A stretch of 56,329 nucleotides of DNA from a virus (IMGVR_UViG_3300031718_000014:1-56329), one strand, 5' to 3'. Positions 1-8,186 are shown, counted from the first letter of the stretch. The notes: a model not told the origin generated them from the letters alone. Translations and numbers: made by a program.

Positions 1-127
1 GTCCGTGCACGCTGGGATGCCGTTCGTTCCGCCCACGCTTCTTACATGGCTCCCTTCCACGACGAGAGCATTGAAGACGCCATGCGGTATCTGGAAGAGT
101 TACGCAAGGTCTGTGAGGAAGGCGCGC
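1..127. repeat. Terminal direct repeat (copy 1), assembly overlap of a circular contig
   Basis: 1-127 is identical to 56203-56329, and an ORF reads through the junction. Confidence 0.95.
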
Positions 128-369
128 GCATAATGAACGACCGGATCAACGACGAGAAGAATCCCAAGATGTGCTCCGGTCCCGGCTGCAAGAAAAGCTG
201 CGAGGACCGTGTGGACGGTCGCGGTCAGAAGCATCCCGGTTACGTCTCGGTCAAGTACGTCAAGGACCCCAACCAACCTGGTATCGGTCGCAATCTCTTC
301 TTCTGCTCAGAGCTTTGCGATAACAAGTTCGCTCGCCAGCACAACGGAGCCATGGGAGGCACCCAATAG
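1..369 (+). CDS. 3' part of an origin-spanning hypothetical Cys-rich (zinc-finger-like) protein; true start at 56128, 147 aa
   Basis: In frame with ATG 56128 (AAGGAG upstream); CSGPGC...FFCSELC motif. Confidence 0.75.
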   Translation, partial: VRARWDAVRSAHASYMAPFHDESIEDAMRYLEELRKVCEEGARIMNDRINDEKNPKMCSGPGCKKSCEDRVDGRGQKHPGYVSVKYVKDPNQPGIGRNLFFCSELCDNKFARQHNGAMGGTQ

Positions 370-380
370 ATTTCGATGCA

Positions 381-2105
381 GTGGAACGATTTCTTTCCCG
401 CTGCTCTATCCGGGACCGCGACAGTCACGTCCGCATTCCCTTCGTTCTCAATTACAATCAGAAGCTCATTCATCAAAAGGCCAAAGAGCAGTACGAATCC
501 GGCCAGCCCGTTCGCATTCTCGTAGACAAGGCCCGTCGCGTCGGTGTCTCCTCTTGGTCCGAAGGTCTTCTCTTCTGCCACTGTCTCTCACTCCCCGGTT
601 CCCACGCTATGATAGCCGCTCACGAGTTCAAATCATCCAAAGCTCTGTTCTCCATACCAATGGGCTTCGCAGACTCTGTCCCGTTCCTCAACATAGACGC
701 AGTCGAACGTGAAATGCGCTTCCCTCATCCCTCTTCCGAATCTTTAATGCAGATTATAACCGCCGGAAAGAAAACCAGTGGCAGGGGCTTTACTTTGTCG
801 GCGCTCCACATGTCGGAAGGCGCTCACTACGAATCACCGGAACCTTACATCTCCATGCTCCCCGCTGTTTCTAATCACCGCAACACTATCGTCATCATCG
901 AGACCACACCAAACGGCATGGAAGGCGAGGGCGAGCCCTTCTATCAAATGTGGATGGATGCCATCGGCGGTAAGAACGATTACATCGCGGTCTTCCTCTC
1001 CTGGACCGACGATCCCGCCTGCATCGCTCCAGAAGAGATGGCCAAAGACGCTCCCATAGACGAAGAGGAGAAGGATCTCATCAAGCGCGGTCTATCCCGT
1101 TCCCAACTGGCATGGCGTCGTATGAAGATCAACTCTCCCGAGTGTGGTGGCTTCGTAGACAACTTCCATCAGGAGTTCCCCGTCACTTGGGAAGAGTCTT
1201 TCATTACTTCCGGTATGCCCGCTTTCACTCCCGAAGAAAAGCGCTGGGCTCGCAAGAACATTCGCCCTCCCAAATGGCAAGGTTTCCTAGAACGCCGTCT
1301 CACCGGGGCGTGGGATTTCCGTGAGCATTACAAAGGCGATCTGCGTATCTGGGAGGACCCAAAGTCGGGGCATTATTATTACATCGGTCTGGACGCCGCT
1401 CGTGGTGAAGAAGGGCGGGACTTCTCCGCTTCCGTCTGTTTCGACGGCAACACAGGGCACCAAGCGTTCACCTACGCAGCGCACTGCGTCCCCGAACACT
1501 TCTCCGCTTACATGAACTCAGCTGGTCGCCGTTACAACAAAGCTATGCTCAATCCAGAACTAACTGGCGGCTACGGGTACAACGTCCTTTCTAATCTGCG
1601 CGACGCGTTCCGTTACCCCAACCTCTACTATTGGAAGGGCAAGGACGACAAAGTAGCGGGGAGCACAACTCGCCGCACGTTCGGTTTCGAGACCACCGGC
1701 CACATGCGGACCGTCCTTTTTGAAACCATGCGAGCCTCCATTCGTGAAGCTGCTGGCACTGACGGCGATTACGGCGTCACCATCTACGACGAACAACTGG
1801 CCAGCCAAATCGACCTCTCCACTCGCAAGGACACTCGTATCGACGTAGAGAAGGGTCACGACGACATTCTGTTCGGTGCTATGCTAGCTAACATCGCCAT
1901 GAAGCACTGGGCTCCTCCTCGCAATCCCAATCCTTCCCGTGGCAAGGACGCCGAAGAAGAACGCGCTGCTTTACAGAAAATGCGCGATGACGGTTACGTG
2001 GTGGAAGACGATCACAAGCACGCGCTACAGCGTCATCACGACAAGATCGCCCGGTCCATCAAGTCTTATCGTAGCGACCGGGAATTGGAAATGGAGGAAG
2101 TCTAA
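381..2105 (+). CDS. terL: Terminase large subunit (possible true start ATA at 366)
   Basis: LNYNQ adenine motif, KARRVGVS Walker A, LHMSE Walker B, ETTPNG, IGLDAARG and HDDILFG nuclease motifs. Confidence 0.92.
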   Translation: MERFLSRCSIRDRDSHVRIPFVLNYNQKLIHQKAKEQYESGQPVRILVDKARRVGVSSWSEGLLFCHCLSLPGSHAMIAAHEFKSSKALFSIPMGFADSVPFLNIDAVEREMRFPHPSSESLMQIITAGKKTSGRGFTLSALHMSEGAHYESPEPYISMLPAVSNHRNTIVIIETTPNGMEGEGEPFYQMWMDAIGGKNDYIAVFLSWTDDPACIAPEEMAKDAPIDEEEKDLIKRGLSRSQLAWRRMKINSPECGGFVDNFHQEFPVTWEESFITSGMPAFTPEEKRWARKNIRPPKWQGFLERRLTGAWDFREHYKGDLRIWEDPKSGHYYYIGLDAARGEEGRDFSASVCFDGNTGHQAFTYAAHCVPEHFSAYMNSAGRRYNKAMLNPELTGGYGYNVLSNLRDAFRYPNLYYWKGKDDKVAGSTTRRTFGFETTGHMRTVLFETMRASIREAAGTDGDYGVTIYDEQLASQIDLSTRKDTRIDVEKGHDDILFGAMLANIAMKHWAPPRNPNPSRGKDAEEERAALQKMRDDGYVVEDDHKHALQRHHDKIARSIKSYRSDRELEMEEV

Positions 2106-2554
2106 TGTCCGAAGCCACTAAGAAAGCCCAGCAGATAGAACTTATGTGGCGTTACTTTTATCAACAGGGCAGCCTTCCAACGGAACTTACCAACGCGGAA
2201 CTGAAGGTAGCGGTTCCACGAACAATCGACATAATGGTCATGCAGCTCATCACTCACATAGCCGGTGAACGCGTGGAAGAAATCCGCTATCCTCTGGATT
2301 GGTGGCAAGCTATCCGTGAACGCTGGCTGCCTGTATTCTGGCTGCGTCTCTATCCGGTCAAATATAAACACTGGAAGATGGACTTTCTCTATCCCAAGAT
2401 CAGGACTTCCGAAGAACCAATGATCGCTCTTTACCACAACAGGGGACCGGCAGGTTATCCTCACTGGGAAGACGAAAAGGTAATCTACAGAAAGAAACGG
2501 GACGGCGTACCTGCTTGGTTGTGGGTACTACTTTCTGTTCCAGAGGAGGATTAA
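2105..2554 (+). CDS. Hypothetical protein
   Basis: TAATG coupling to terL, GGAGG upstream. Confidence 0.7.
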   Translation: MSEATKKAQQIELMWRYFYQQGSLPTELTNAELKVAVPRTIDIMVMQLITHIAGERVEEIRYPLDWWQAIRERWLPVFWLRLYPVKYKHWKMDFLYPKIRTSEEPMIALYHNRGPAGYPHWEDEKVIYRKKRDGVPAWLWVLLSVPEED

Positions 2555-2974
2555 GTGCCCGCACACACTATCGACCTGAACGATCCCAAGACCATCGCTC
2601 GCCTTCTAACCTGCTTGGTTATTCATCGTGGCGGCGAGATTCGCATTCCCGCTGCCGCTTACGATTCCTATGAGCGGGGTAGACTTCTCTTGGTGGACTA
2701 TGATAGAGATAAGGGCGACCTTGTGCTCCGCTCCACCTCGGACTTCGGTCGGGTTGTTGTCGTGCCCCCGGAAAACTCGCAATGGTTAAGACCACAAGAG
2801 GAAATCCCCCGAGAGAGATCGCGAGTCCAAGCCGAGCAGTCGGCGGCTCGCCGGATCGTCCGCTCCGACGAAGAGTTAGCGGAGTTCGAGGAGATGAGGG
2901 AGAAGGAAGCGCAGCTAGCCCGCGAGTCCAAAGAGGGATCGCTCCCCAGAGTGCCGTTCCACACAAAGCAGTAA
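2555..2974 (+). CDS. Hypothetical protein
   Basis: GAGGAGG SD then GTG; abuts the previous gene. Confidence 0.75.
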   Translation: MPAHTIDLNDPKTIARLLTCLVIHRGGEIRIPAAAYDSYERGRLLLVDYDRDKGDLVLRSTSDFGRVVVVPPENSQWLRPQEEIPRERSRVQAEQSAARRIVRSDEELAEFEEMREKEAQLARESKEGSLPRVPFHTKQ

Positions 2975-3270
2975 AAAAGAATCCCCGTGTCGTCTGGGGT
3001 GAAATCTGGGCCGACTTCTCCATCCGTCGTGAAAAGGATCGTACTTCTGCTTATCTTAATCTTCTTCGTCATCTTTCCGACTCTGGTAGTATCCTTGTTC
3101 CTGAACTTGTTTCTCCCAAGGACTTCGCGGACCTTGTCATCCATATTGAATCGTTTGTCAAAGCGGATACTGGAGCGAGAGAAGGTTCGGCTATCGAAGC
3201 CGTCCAACGCTTTCTCAACGGAGACTCCAACGACAAGCCAAAGCAATCCGGTTCCATTAGGGTCCAGTAA
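2782..3270 (+). CDS. Hypothetical protein (start uncertain; 2975-3270 is the convincing part)
   Basis: C/T-ending codon usage matches neighbouring genes in this frame from about 2975. Confidence 0.55.
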   Translation: MVKTTRGNPPREIASPSRAVGGSPDRPLRRRVSGVRGDEGEGSAASPRVQRGIAPQSAVPHKAVKKNPRVVWGEIWADFSIRREKDRTSAYLNLLRHLSDSGSILVPELVSPKDFADLVIHIESFVKADTGAREGSAIEAVQRFLNGDSNDKPKQSGSIRVQ

Positions 3271-3430
3271 TCCCGATCTGGCACCGCCCTGTTCCCACTG
3301 CGGACAGCCGATGCAGAAGAACACCGCTGTTTCTACTCCCTACGTCACCCAATTCATCTGTGCTTGCATGGGCACCGTTCACTTCGTTAACATTCACAAG
3401 GGAGACAAGACGCGAGAGGGTAAAACCTAA
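3230..3430 (+). CDS. Small zinc-ribbon-like protein (CSHC...CAC), putative ACG start
   Basis: Typical codon usage in the 3' part; GGAG 6 nt before ACG; TAATG coupling to portal. Confidence 0.5.
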   Translation, partial: TTSQSNPVPLGSSNPDLAPPCSHCGQPMQKNTAVSTPYVTQFICACMGTVHFVNIHKGDKTREGKT

Positions 3431-4926
3431 TGGCTTTCACTGTCTTCCGCACTAGCAAGGGCGCTTCTCCCGAGCACACACCAGCCGATTCCGGTTCCGA
3501 GAAGGACCTTCGTTCCCGTCAGATAGATGAGTTGTGTCGGCTCTCTGACAACGCTCGCCGTGAGTTCTACGGTCCCAACCACGACGAAGACACTCGCCAA
3601 TTCTACAACCTTCTGGACAAGACCCGCCGCACCCCCACCTTTCGTCCGAAGATCAGCGCCCCTCAATTGCAAGTCCTTCTTCTCTCCGAGGCCGGAGACT
3701 TGACCGATAGCAGAGTCCGAGTCACTATCAACCATAAAGAGAATGGACGAGACAAAGAGCGCGAGCGAGCTTTTCAGGAGCATTGGCGACAGGAACAGTT
3801 CGATTTTGCCCTTCTCCAGTCGAAGATTTACTCTCAGTTCGCGGGCACTGCATTCATACAAGTTGGCTTCGATCCCCTGGCTAGACGTGGCGATGGCTCT
3901 GTCTGGATGGCAGCAAGGGAGCAGCGTTCCGTCTACTGCGACACAATTAGTCCTTGGCCAAACCATTGGAGCTGGCAAGTCGTAGAAGACCTGATGTACC
4001 TAGACGAGATCAAGCTGCGGTATCCAGACCGCGCCGATCAGATTAAGCCTCGCACAGCCAAAGCAGAACAACTGGCCGGGCCTCCTGCTGGCGGCATCGA
4101 GATGCCTCCCGGTCCCATGAGTGTGACCGTTCGTGGTCTGCCGGGTGGTGAGCAGTACAGCACAGACGGTGTTCTATCGGTCCGCACTCTGTTTGCCAAA
4201 GACTCTTCCATTGTCGAGCCGACCGACGCTCAAGTGGCCGCATTCGAGAAGCGCAACATGGTAGTGCCGAAGTATTTGCCGAAGTATCCTCTCGGTCGGA
4301 TGATCGTAGACTGCGAAGGCACCATTCTAGTAGACGGCCACTCCTGGGTTCCACTCGGTCTCATGTGGCCAGCCATCCCGGTCTGGTCCATGCCACCGTG
4401 GGACAACGTGTGGTGCCCGCCTCCGTCCAAATACAGCCGGTCGTTGCAAGAAGCAGGCGAACGCATGATGAGTCAGACTGAAGAGAACGCGCGACGCCTG
4501 AACAACGGCATGATCGTGATTAACGCCGCTTCCGACCTGACCGCTGATTCTGTCGGCGGTATGCCCGGTGAGATTCTGGTGATCTCCGCTAACTCTCCTC
4601 AGAACGCAGTAGAGATCAAGTACCCTGCTCCCATGCCCGCTCAGATGATCCAACTTCCTCAGACCTACTTCGCATTCCAGAAAGAATTGCAAGGTTTCAC
4701 TGCCGCACGCCAAGGGAATCCCGGTGCTGGTAACGTGGGCTCCGATCTATTTGATTCTGCCGTTAGTCAGTCTCAATCCATCACTCGCTTGCGATCCAAG
4801 CTGTTTAGTTACAGTGTCCAGAAAGCCGCCGAACTGGTCTTCTACACAATGTGCAAGTTCTACAAGAATCCTCGGCACTTCTATTCCAATTTAGCCCGTC
4901 AAGTCCCGGAGCAGAAATCCGCATGA
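3430..4926 (+). CDS. Portal protein, N-terminal/main part
   Basis: Position after terL, size, podovirus-portal-like segments (PKYPLGRMIV, NNGMIVI, GMPGEILV, KFYKNPR). Confidence 0.8.
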   Translation: MAFTVFRTSKGASPEHTPADSGSEKDLRSRQIDELCRLSDNARREFYGPNHDEDTRQFYNLLDKTRRTPTFRPKISAPQLQVLLLSEAGDLTDSRVRVTINHKENGRDKERERAFQEHWRQEQFDFALLQSKIYSQFAGTAFIQVGFDPLARRGDGSVWMAAREQRSVYCDTISPWPNHWSWQVVEDLMYLDEIKLRYPDRADQIKPRTAKAEQLAGPPAGGIEMPPGPMSVTVRGLPGGEQYSTDGVLSVRTLFAKDSSIVEPTDAQVAAFEKRNMVVPKYLPKYPLGRMIVDCEGTILVDGHSWVPLGLMWPAIPVWSMPPWDNVWCPPPSKYSRSLQEAGERMMSQTEENARRLNNGMIVINAASDLTADSVGGMPGEILVISANSPQNAVEIKYPAPMPAQMIQLPQTYFAFQKELQGFTAARQGNPGAGNVGSDLFDSAVSQSQSITRLRSKLFSYSVQKAAELVFYTMCKFYKNPRHFYSNLARQVPEQKSA

Positions 4927-5273
4927 GCGACCCATCAAATCCGTTTGCCGGTCTGTTAGAGAAAATCAACTCCAGTCCAGACGATAACCAAGACGGCAAA
5001 CAGACTGGGGGCGGTGACTCCTCTCGTCCTGACAAAGTCACATGGCAGCCTGACGAAGCCTCTGAGGACTATGATGTTCGCTTATCCGATGGTTCTATTC
5101 GCCCGCAGTCTGAGTCCGCTCTGCGTTCCATGGTCATTGAGCTTCGTAAGGCCAATTTGATCGACGCTCGTCACGCTCTGATGATGCTGGACATCCCGGA
5201 CGCGGACGAGATCGCAGATGCATTGGAGAAAGAATTACAACTCAGTGCGTTGGCAAAGTTGCAGAGAAAATGA
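4923..5273 (+). CDS. Portal protein C-terminal part, encoded as a separate ORF
   Basis: ATGA overlap; YDVRLSDGSIRPQS...LIDARHALMMLDIPDADEI resembles portal C-terminal regions. Confidence 0.65.
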   Translation: MSDPSNPFAGLLEKINSSPDDNQDGKQTGGGDSSRPDKVTWQPDEASEDYDVRLSDGSIRPQSESALRSMVIELRKANLIDARHALMMLDIPDADEIADALEKELQLSALAKLQRK

Positions 5274-5274
5274 T

Positions 5275-5688
5275 TCAGCAGAACTTTCCCCAAAAGGCTG
5301 CTCGTCCTTTGTCAATTGCGTCGCGTCTGTTCTTTTTGTTGTTTCCAAGAAAGAGATGTTCTGGATTCACGCAGAGCGGATTGTCGCAAGTGTGGAGCAC
5401 CAATTTGTTTTTGGGGATGGCTCCAAAATGAATAACCCAAGAAACGTGGTGTGCCCAGTGATTCCTTTTTCTGTTGGGGGCTCCCATGGCAATGAGTCCG
5501 TAGTGATCGTTCGTGGCTCCGATCCAAAACCAACAGCCCTCTGTTTTGTAAACGAACTTCCAGAACCTCTCAGCCACGGGAGTGGCGCGGCATTTATTGC
5601 TGCAAAAGTTGGCTTGGCCGTTTCTGACTTGATAAGGTTTACATTGGAAAGGGCGTTTACATCTTTTACATATTCTGGTTATTGGCAT
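5275..5688 (-). CDS. HNH homing endonuclease
   Basis: CKRC...FCSNKC finger, then CWFWIG...AHHVSW...VLHTCDNPLCVNPEHLFLG; AT-richer, antisense to its operon. Confidence 0.9.
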   Translation of the reverse strand: MPITRICKRCKRPFQCKPYQVRNGQANFCSNKCRATPVAERFWKFVYKTEGCWFWIGATNDHYGLIAMGAPNRKRNHWAHHVSWVIHFGAIPKNKLVLHTCDNPLCVNPEHLFLGNNKKNRRDAIDKGRAAFWGKFC

Positions 5689-5710
5689 GAGCAAGTATAC
5701 TCTCTTTAGT

Positions 5711-5755
5711 AAGGAGATGCAACTGGCTGCATTGGCCAAGCTCCAACGCAAATGA
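5711..5755 (+). pseudogene. Orphaned duplicate of the portal C-terminus (KEMQLAALAKLQRK*)
   Basis: 12/14 aa identical to KELQLSALAKLQRK* at 5229-5273. Confidence 0.85.
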
Positions 5756-5934
5756 CTAACGATTTCTTTCCTCCCGACAACACTTACCGTTCCGTCTCTT
5801 ACGCTGCTCGCTTCTTTGGCCGAGCTGAGCGCACTATTCGCTACTGGGCTCAGTTCGGAGTATTCGCCACTCTCAACATCCCTACCTTCAAAGATCGGAA
5901 GGGCCGCTTGTGGATACGCATTCCCTCTGACTAG
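5752..5934 (+). CDS. Small MerR/excisionase-like HTH protein
   Basis: SVSYAARFFGRAERTIRYWAQFG...GRLWI. Confidence 0.7.
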   Translation: MTNDFFPPDNTYRSVSYAARFFGRAERTIRYWAQFGVFATLNIPTFKDRKGRLWIRIPSD

Positions 5935-5959
5935 TATCTGTACTCCGGCAACACCTACA

Positions 5960-5990
5960 TTGACACTCCCCCTTACCCAGCCTTCATACT
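5960..5990 (+). promoter_or_regulatory. Putative sigma70-like promoter TTGACA-19-CATACT, 7 nt before GTG 5998
   Basis: Perfect -35 in an intergenic gap; long spacer. Confidence 0.4.
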
Positions 5991-5997
5991 CCCACTC

Positions 5998-6261
5998 GTG
6001 CAGCAGCAGAATCAATCTACTAGTTTCGAGTTACTCTCTATCGACCCTTTGTACGACTCTGAAGGTTGGCGCTACGTCGAAGTAGCCGTCAACGGGGTGC
6101 GTGCTCTCCCATTCGCGTTCCACAAGACCGTGGCTTCCCAGTTCCCAACCGAAGACAGTCTGATGGCGTACCTCTGTCGTCAGGCCAAGACCATGATCGA
6201 ACGCTATGGTGATGCACGCAATCCCAAAATTCCCGATGCAAGGGAAGGAAGAGTCAACTGA
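5998..6261 (+). CDS. Hypothetical protein
   Basis: ORF with typical codon usage; no SD. Confidence 0.65.
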   Translation: MQQQNQSTSFELLSIDPLYDSEGWRYVEVAVNGVRALPFAFHKTVASQFPTEDSLMAYLCRQAKTMIERYGDARNPKIPDAREGRVN

Positions 6262-6291
6262 TGGGTCAACTTCATAACAGGAGCAATACTC

Positions 6292-6369
6292 ATGGCCAAG
6301 CGTGGAGGCAGTATGCGTGGTAGGCACATGGGAAAGACTTCCACCCGTCGAGGGGGAAAGCGGTACTAA
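6292..6369 (+). CDS. 25-aa basic micro-peptide MAKRGGSMRGRHMGKTSTRRGGKRY
   Basis: AGGAG SD; not in the ORF track; C-terminus matches the 18794 peptide. Confidence 0.65.
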   Translation: MAKRGGSMRGRHMGKTSTRRGGKRY

Positions 6370-6447
6370 CGCAGTACCGCTGGCAGTACCGTCAAGGGGG
6401 ACTCTCCTCTCAGTGTGAGGATGACCTTGGCAGAAAGGAGTCCAACG

Positions 6448-6489
6448 ATGGCGCGACGCAGACATCGGCGCGGCGGAAAACGGAAGTAG
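6448..6489 (+). CDS. 13-aa basic micro-peptide MARRRHRRGGKRK
   Basis: AAAGGAG 7 nt before ATG; protamine-like composition. Confidence 0.6.
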   Translation: MARRRHRRGGKRK

Positions 6490-6596
6490 CTGCTGCCGAA
6501 CAATCGAAAGTCTCAGGTGGATTCGGATACGAAGCACGGGGATTGGGGCGGCGAAAATATCACGCTGCCCCTTCCGAGTAACAAAGGAGAACAAGG

Positions 6597-6797
6597 ATGC
6601 CTGACAAATTTAATGCCGGAAAGTACACAGAGTTGCTCACTCCCGTAGACGAAGAGGGCAATCGCACTAAGAACGATCCCCCGACCGCTAACCCTCCTCA
6701 AGAGATCGACCCCCCGGACCCGATGGGCCTGATGCACGGTCTGGATAAGGGAAACCGCTTGGCTAAGGACGGAAAGGCTCGACGCGACCGGAGTTAA
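6597..6797 (+). CDS. Small Pro-rich protein with basic tail
   Basis: AAGGAG SD. Confidence 0.7.
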   Translation: MPDKFNAGKYTELLTPVDEEGNRTKNDPPTANPPQEIDPPDPMGLMHGLDKGNRLAKDGKARRDRS

Positions 6798-6926
6798 ATG
6801 GCAGGTACTCCATCATCGAACGAAACAAGGGCACTTGCTGCGCGAGCGATGACTCGTAGAGCAAGACGCCGACAGTTGTTCGAGGATCAACGTAAGGCAG
6901 TACGTAGTTCGGGGAAGAGAAAGTAG
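6798..6926 (+). CDS. 42-aa basic peptide ending SSGKRK
   Basis: GGAG SD; exactly fills the gap between flanking ORFs. Confidence 0.65.
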   Translation: MAGTPSSNETRALAARAMTRRARRRQLFEDQRKAVRSSGKRK

Positions 6927-7346
6927 ATGGGAGCTTTCAATCCACAAGCGCTTCTGCAAATGCTCTCCGCTCGCGGTGGCGGCGCGGTCCCCGGTCAGCC
7001 CGGTCCCACCTCCACAGGCACCGGCTCTGGGGACGAAGCTGTGGGCAACGCTTCTACTCAGTTGCAGGGCGCTAATCCTGAATACGCTCTCAAGGAGATC
7101 ATGGACGTGAAGCAGCGGGTGGTGAATAACATCACTACTCTGGCGTTCCGTGTTCCCTCTGCATCCCGTGCGTTGAGTTCAATCCTTAAAGGATTGGACG
7201 CCGCGATCAAAGAGTTGCAGAACGCCCAATCCACCATGCAAGCCATCGGTGGCCCGGTCAATCTCAGTGCAATTCCGCGTCCCTCGCCACCGGGAGGATC
7301 ATCTCTCCCGTCACCGGGGGCGACCCCCAGTTCGCAAGGATTCTAG
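6927..7346 (+). CDS. Hypothetical head-region protein
   Basis: Abuts the previous stop; Gly/Pro-rich ends with a helical core. Confidence 0.75.
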   Translation: MGAFNPQALLQMLSARGGGAVPGQPGPTSTGTGSGDEAVGNASTQLQGANPEYALKEIMDVKQRVVNNITTLAFRVPSASRALSSILKGLDAAIKELQNAQSTMQAIGGPVNLSAIPRPSPPGGSSLPSPGATPSSQGF

Positions 7347-7370
7347 CTGTAAGGAGAAGGAGTCAACACA

Positions 7371-8186
7371 ATGGCATCGTTAGAAGAAATTCTGGCAAAA
7401 GCCGATCTGAACGACGACATCGCATTCGAGTTCGGTGGCAGCAAGTTCACCGTTGGGGACGTTCGTAAGTTGCGAAAAGGTTTGGACGCGGAGACCAAGA
7501 CCGCCAAGCAGAAGCGCGAAGAGGCTGAACAACTGGCCATCCAAGCGGCTACCTTACTGACACAATTACAGGAAGCCGAAGCCAAGGCCAAGGAAGCTGC
7601 TGCTGCACGCAAAGTGACCGAAGGCAATAACGGAGGCAATGCGAACGATTGGCGCAAGGACCCCTTCTACGCGCCCGTTGCCGAAGAACTGGCCCGCATC
7701 TCCGGTACTTACGACACCGCGATCAAAGAAGTCCGCGAACTGGCTGGTGCTCTCAAAAAGACCATGGACCAGTACAGTTCCGTTTACGCCTACGAACGCT
7801 TGCGTGCCCAGTACGACCGCAACGCCGACAAGTTGAAGGGCAAGGGGGAGTTCAAAGATCTGGCTAAGCAAGCAGTCGAGCGAAAGTTGCTCGATGACTA
7901 TGGTCTGCCCACTCTCGAACCTCTGATCTCCGAGCTGACTCTCCCCGAACGCATCGCCGCCGAACGCAAGGCAGCTGTGGACGAAGCCAAAGCCACTTGG
8001 GAGAAGGAACAGGCCGCGAGATCAGTGGCCAGCCAACGTCCTGGTGCTGCCGCTCGCTTCAGTGTCAAGAAGGACGAGAAGCCCCCGATTGCGAAAATCG
8101 AGGAACTCTCCAGTGAGAAAATCATGCAGGGCATCGCGGACGATCCCGAGTTCGCCAAACAGATGGCGGGAGAAACAGTTCAGTAG
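7371..8186 (+). CDS. Capsid scaffolding protein (putative)
   Basis: Charged coiled-coil protein before the capsid gene; strong SD. Confidence 0.7.
   Translation: MASLEEILAKADLNDDIAFEFGGSKFTVGDVRKLRKGLDAETKTAKQKREEAEQLAIQAATLLTQLQEAEAKAKEAAAARKVTEGNNGGNANDWRKDPFYAPVAEELARISGTYDTAIKEVRELAGALKKTMDQYSSVYAYERLRAQYDRNADKLKGKGEFKDLAKQAVERKLLDDYGLPTLEPLISELTLPERIAAERKAAVDEAKATWEKEQAARSVASQRPGAAARFSVKKDEKPPIAKIEELSSEKIMQGIADDPEFAKQMAGETVQ

Noticed and set aside
1-127. 127-bp terminal repeat as a biological DTR
   Set aside because: It falls inside an ORF and equals a common assembler k-mer; it is a circularisation overlap
2973-2979. A-AAA-AAG slippery heptamer
   Set aside because: It overlaps the stop of 2555-2974, and a -1 shift from the 2782 frame leads to no useful ORF
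2987-3229. Membrane protein reading of ORF 2987-3430
   Set aside because: The hydrophobic stretch is what a shifted reading of the C/T-ending codons in the 2782 frame would produce; only the 3' part looks coding
4860-5040. Self-splicing intron explaining the split portal (or the split polymerase)
   Set aside because: The gap is too short with no group I/II core elements visible, and the downstream ORFs have their own SD and start
5689-6015. N-terminal extension of the HNH ORF in the track (246 aa)
   Set aside because: It runs antisense over the orphan portal tail and the HTH gene; the HNH domain starts at ATG 5688
6370-6596. tRNA gene
   Set aside because: No cloverleaf, T-loop GTTCRA in a proper arm, or CCA context
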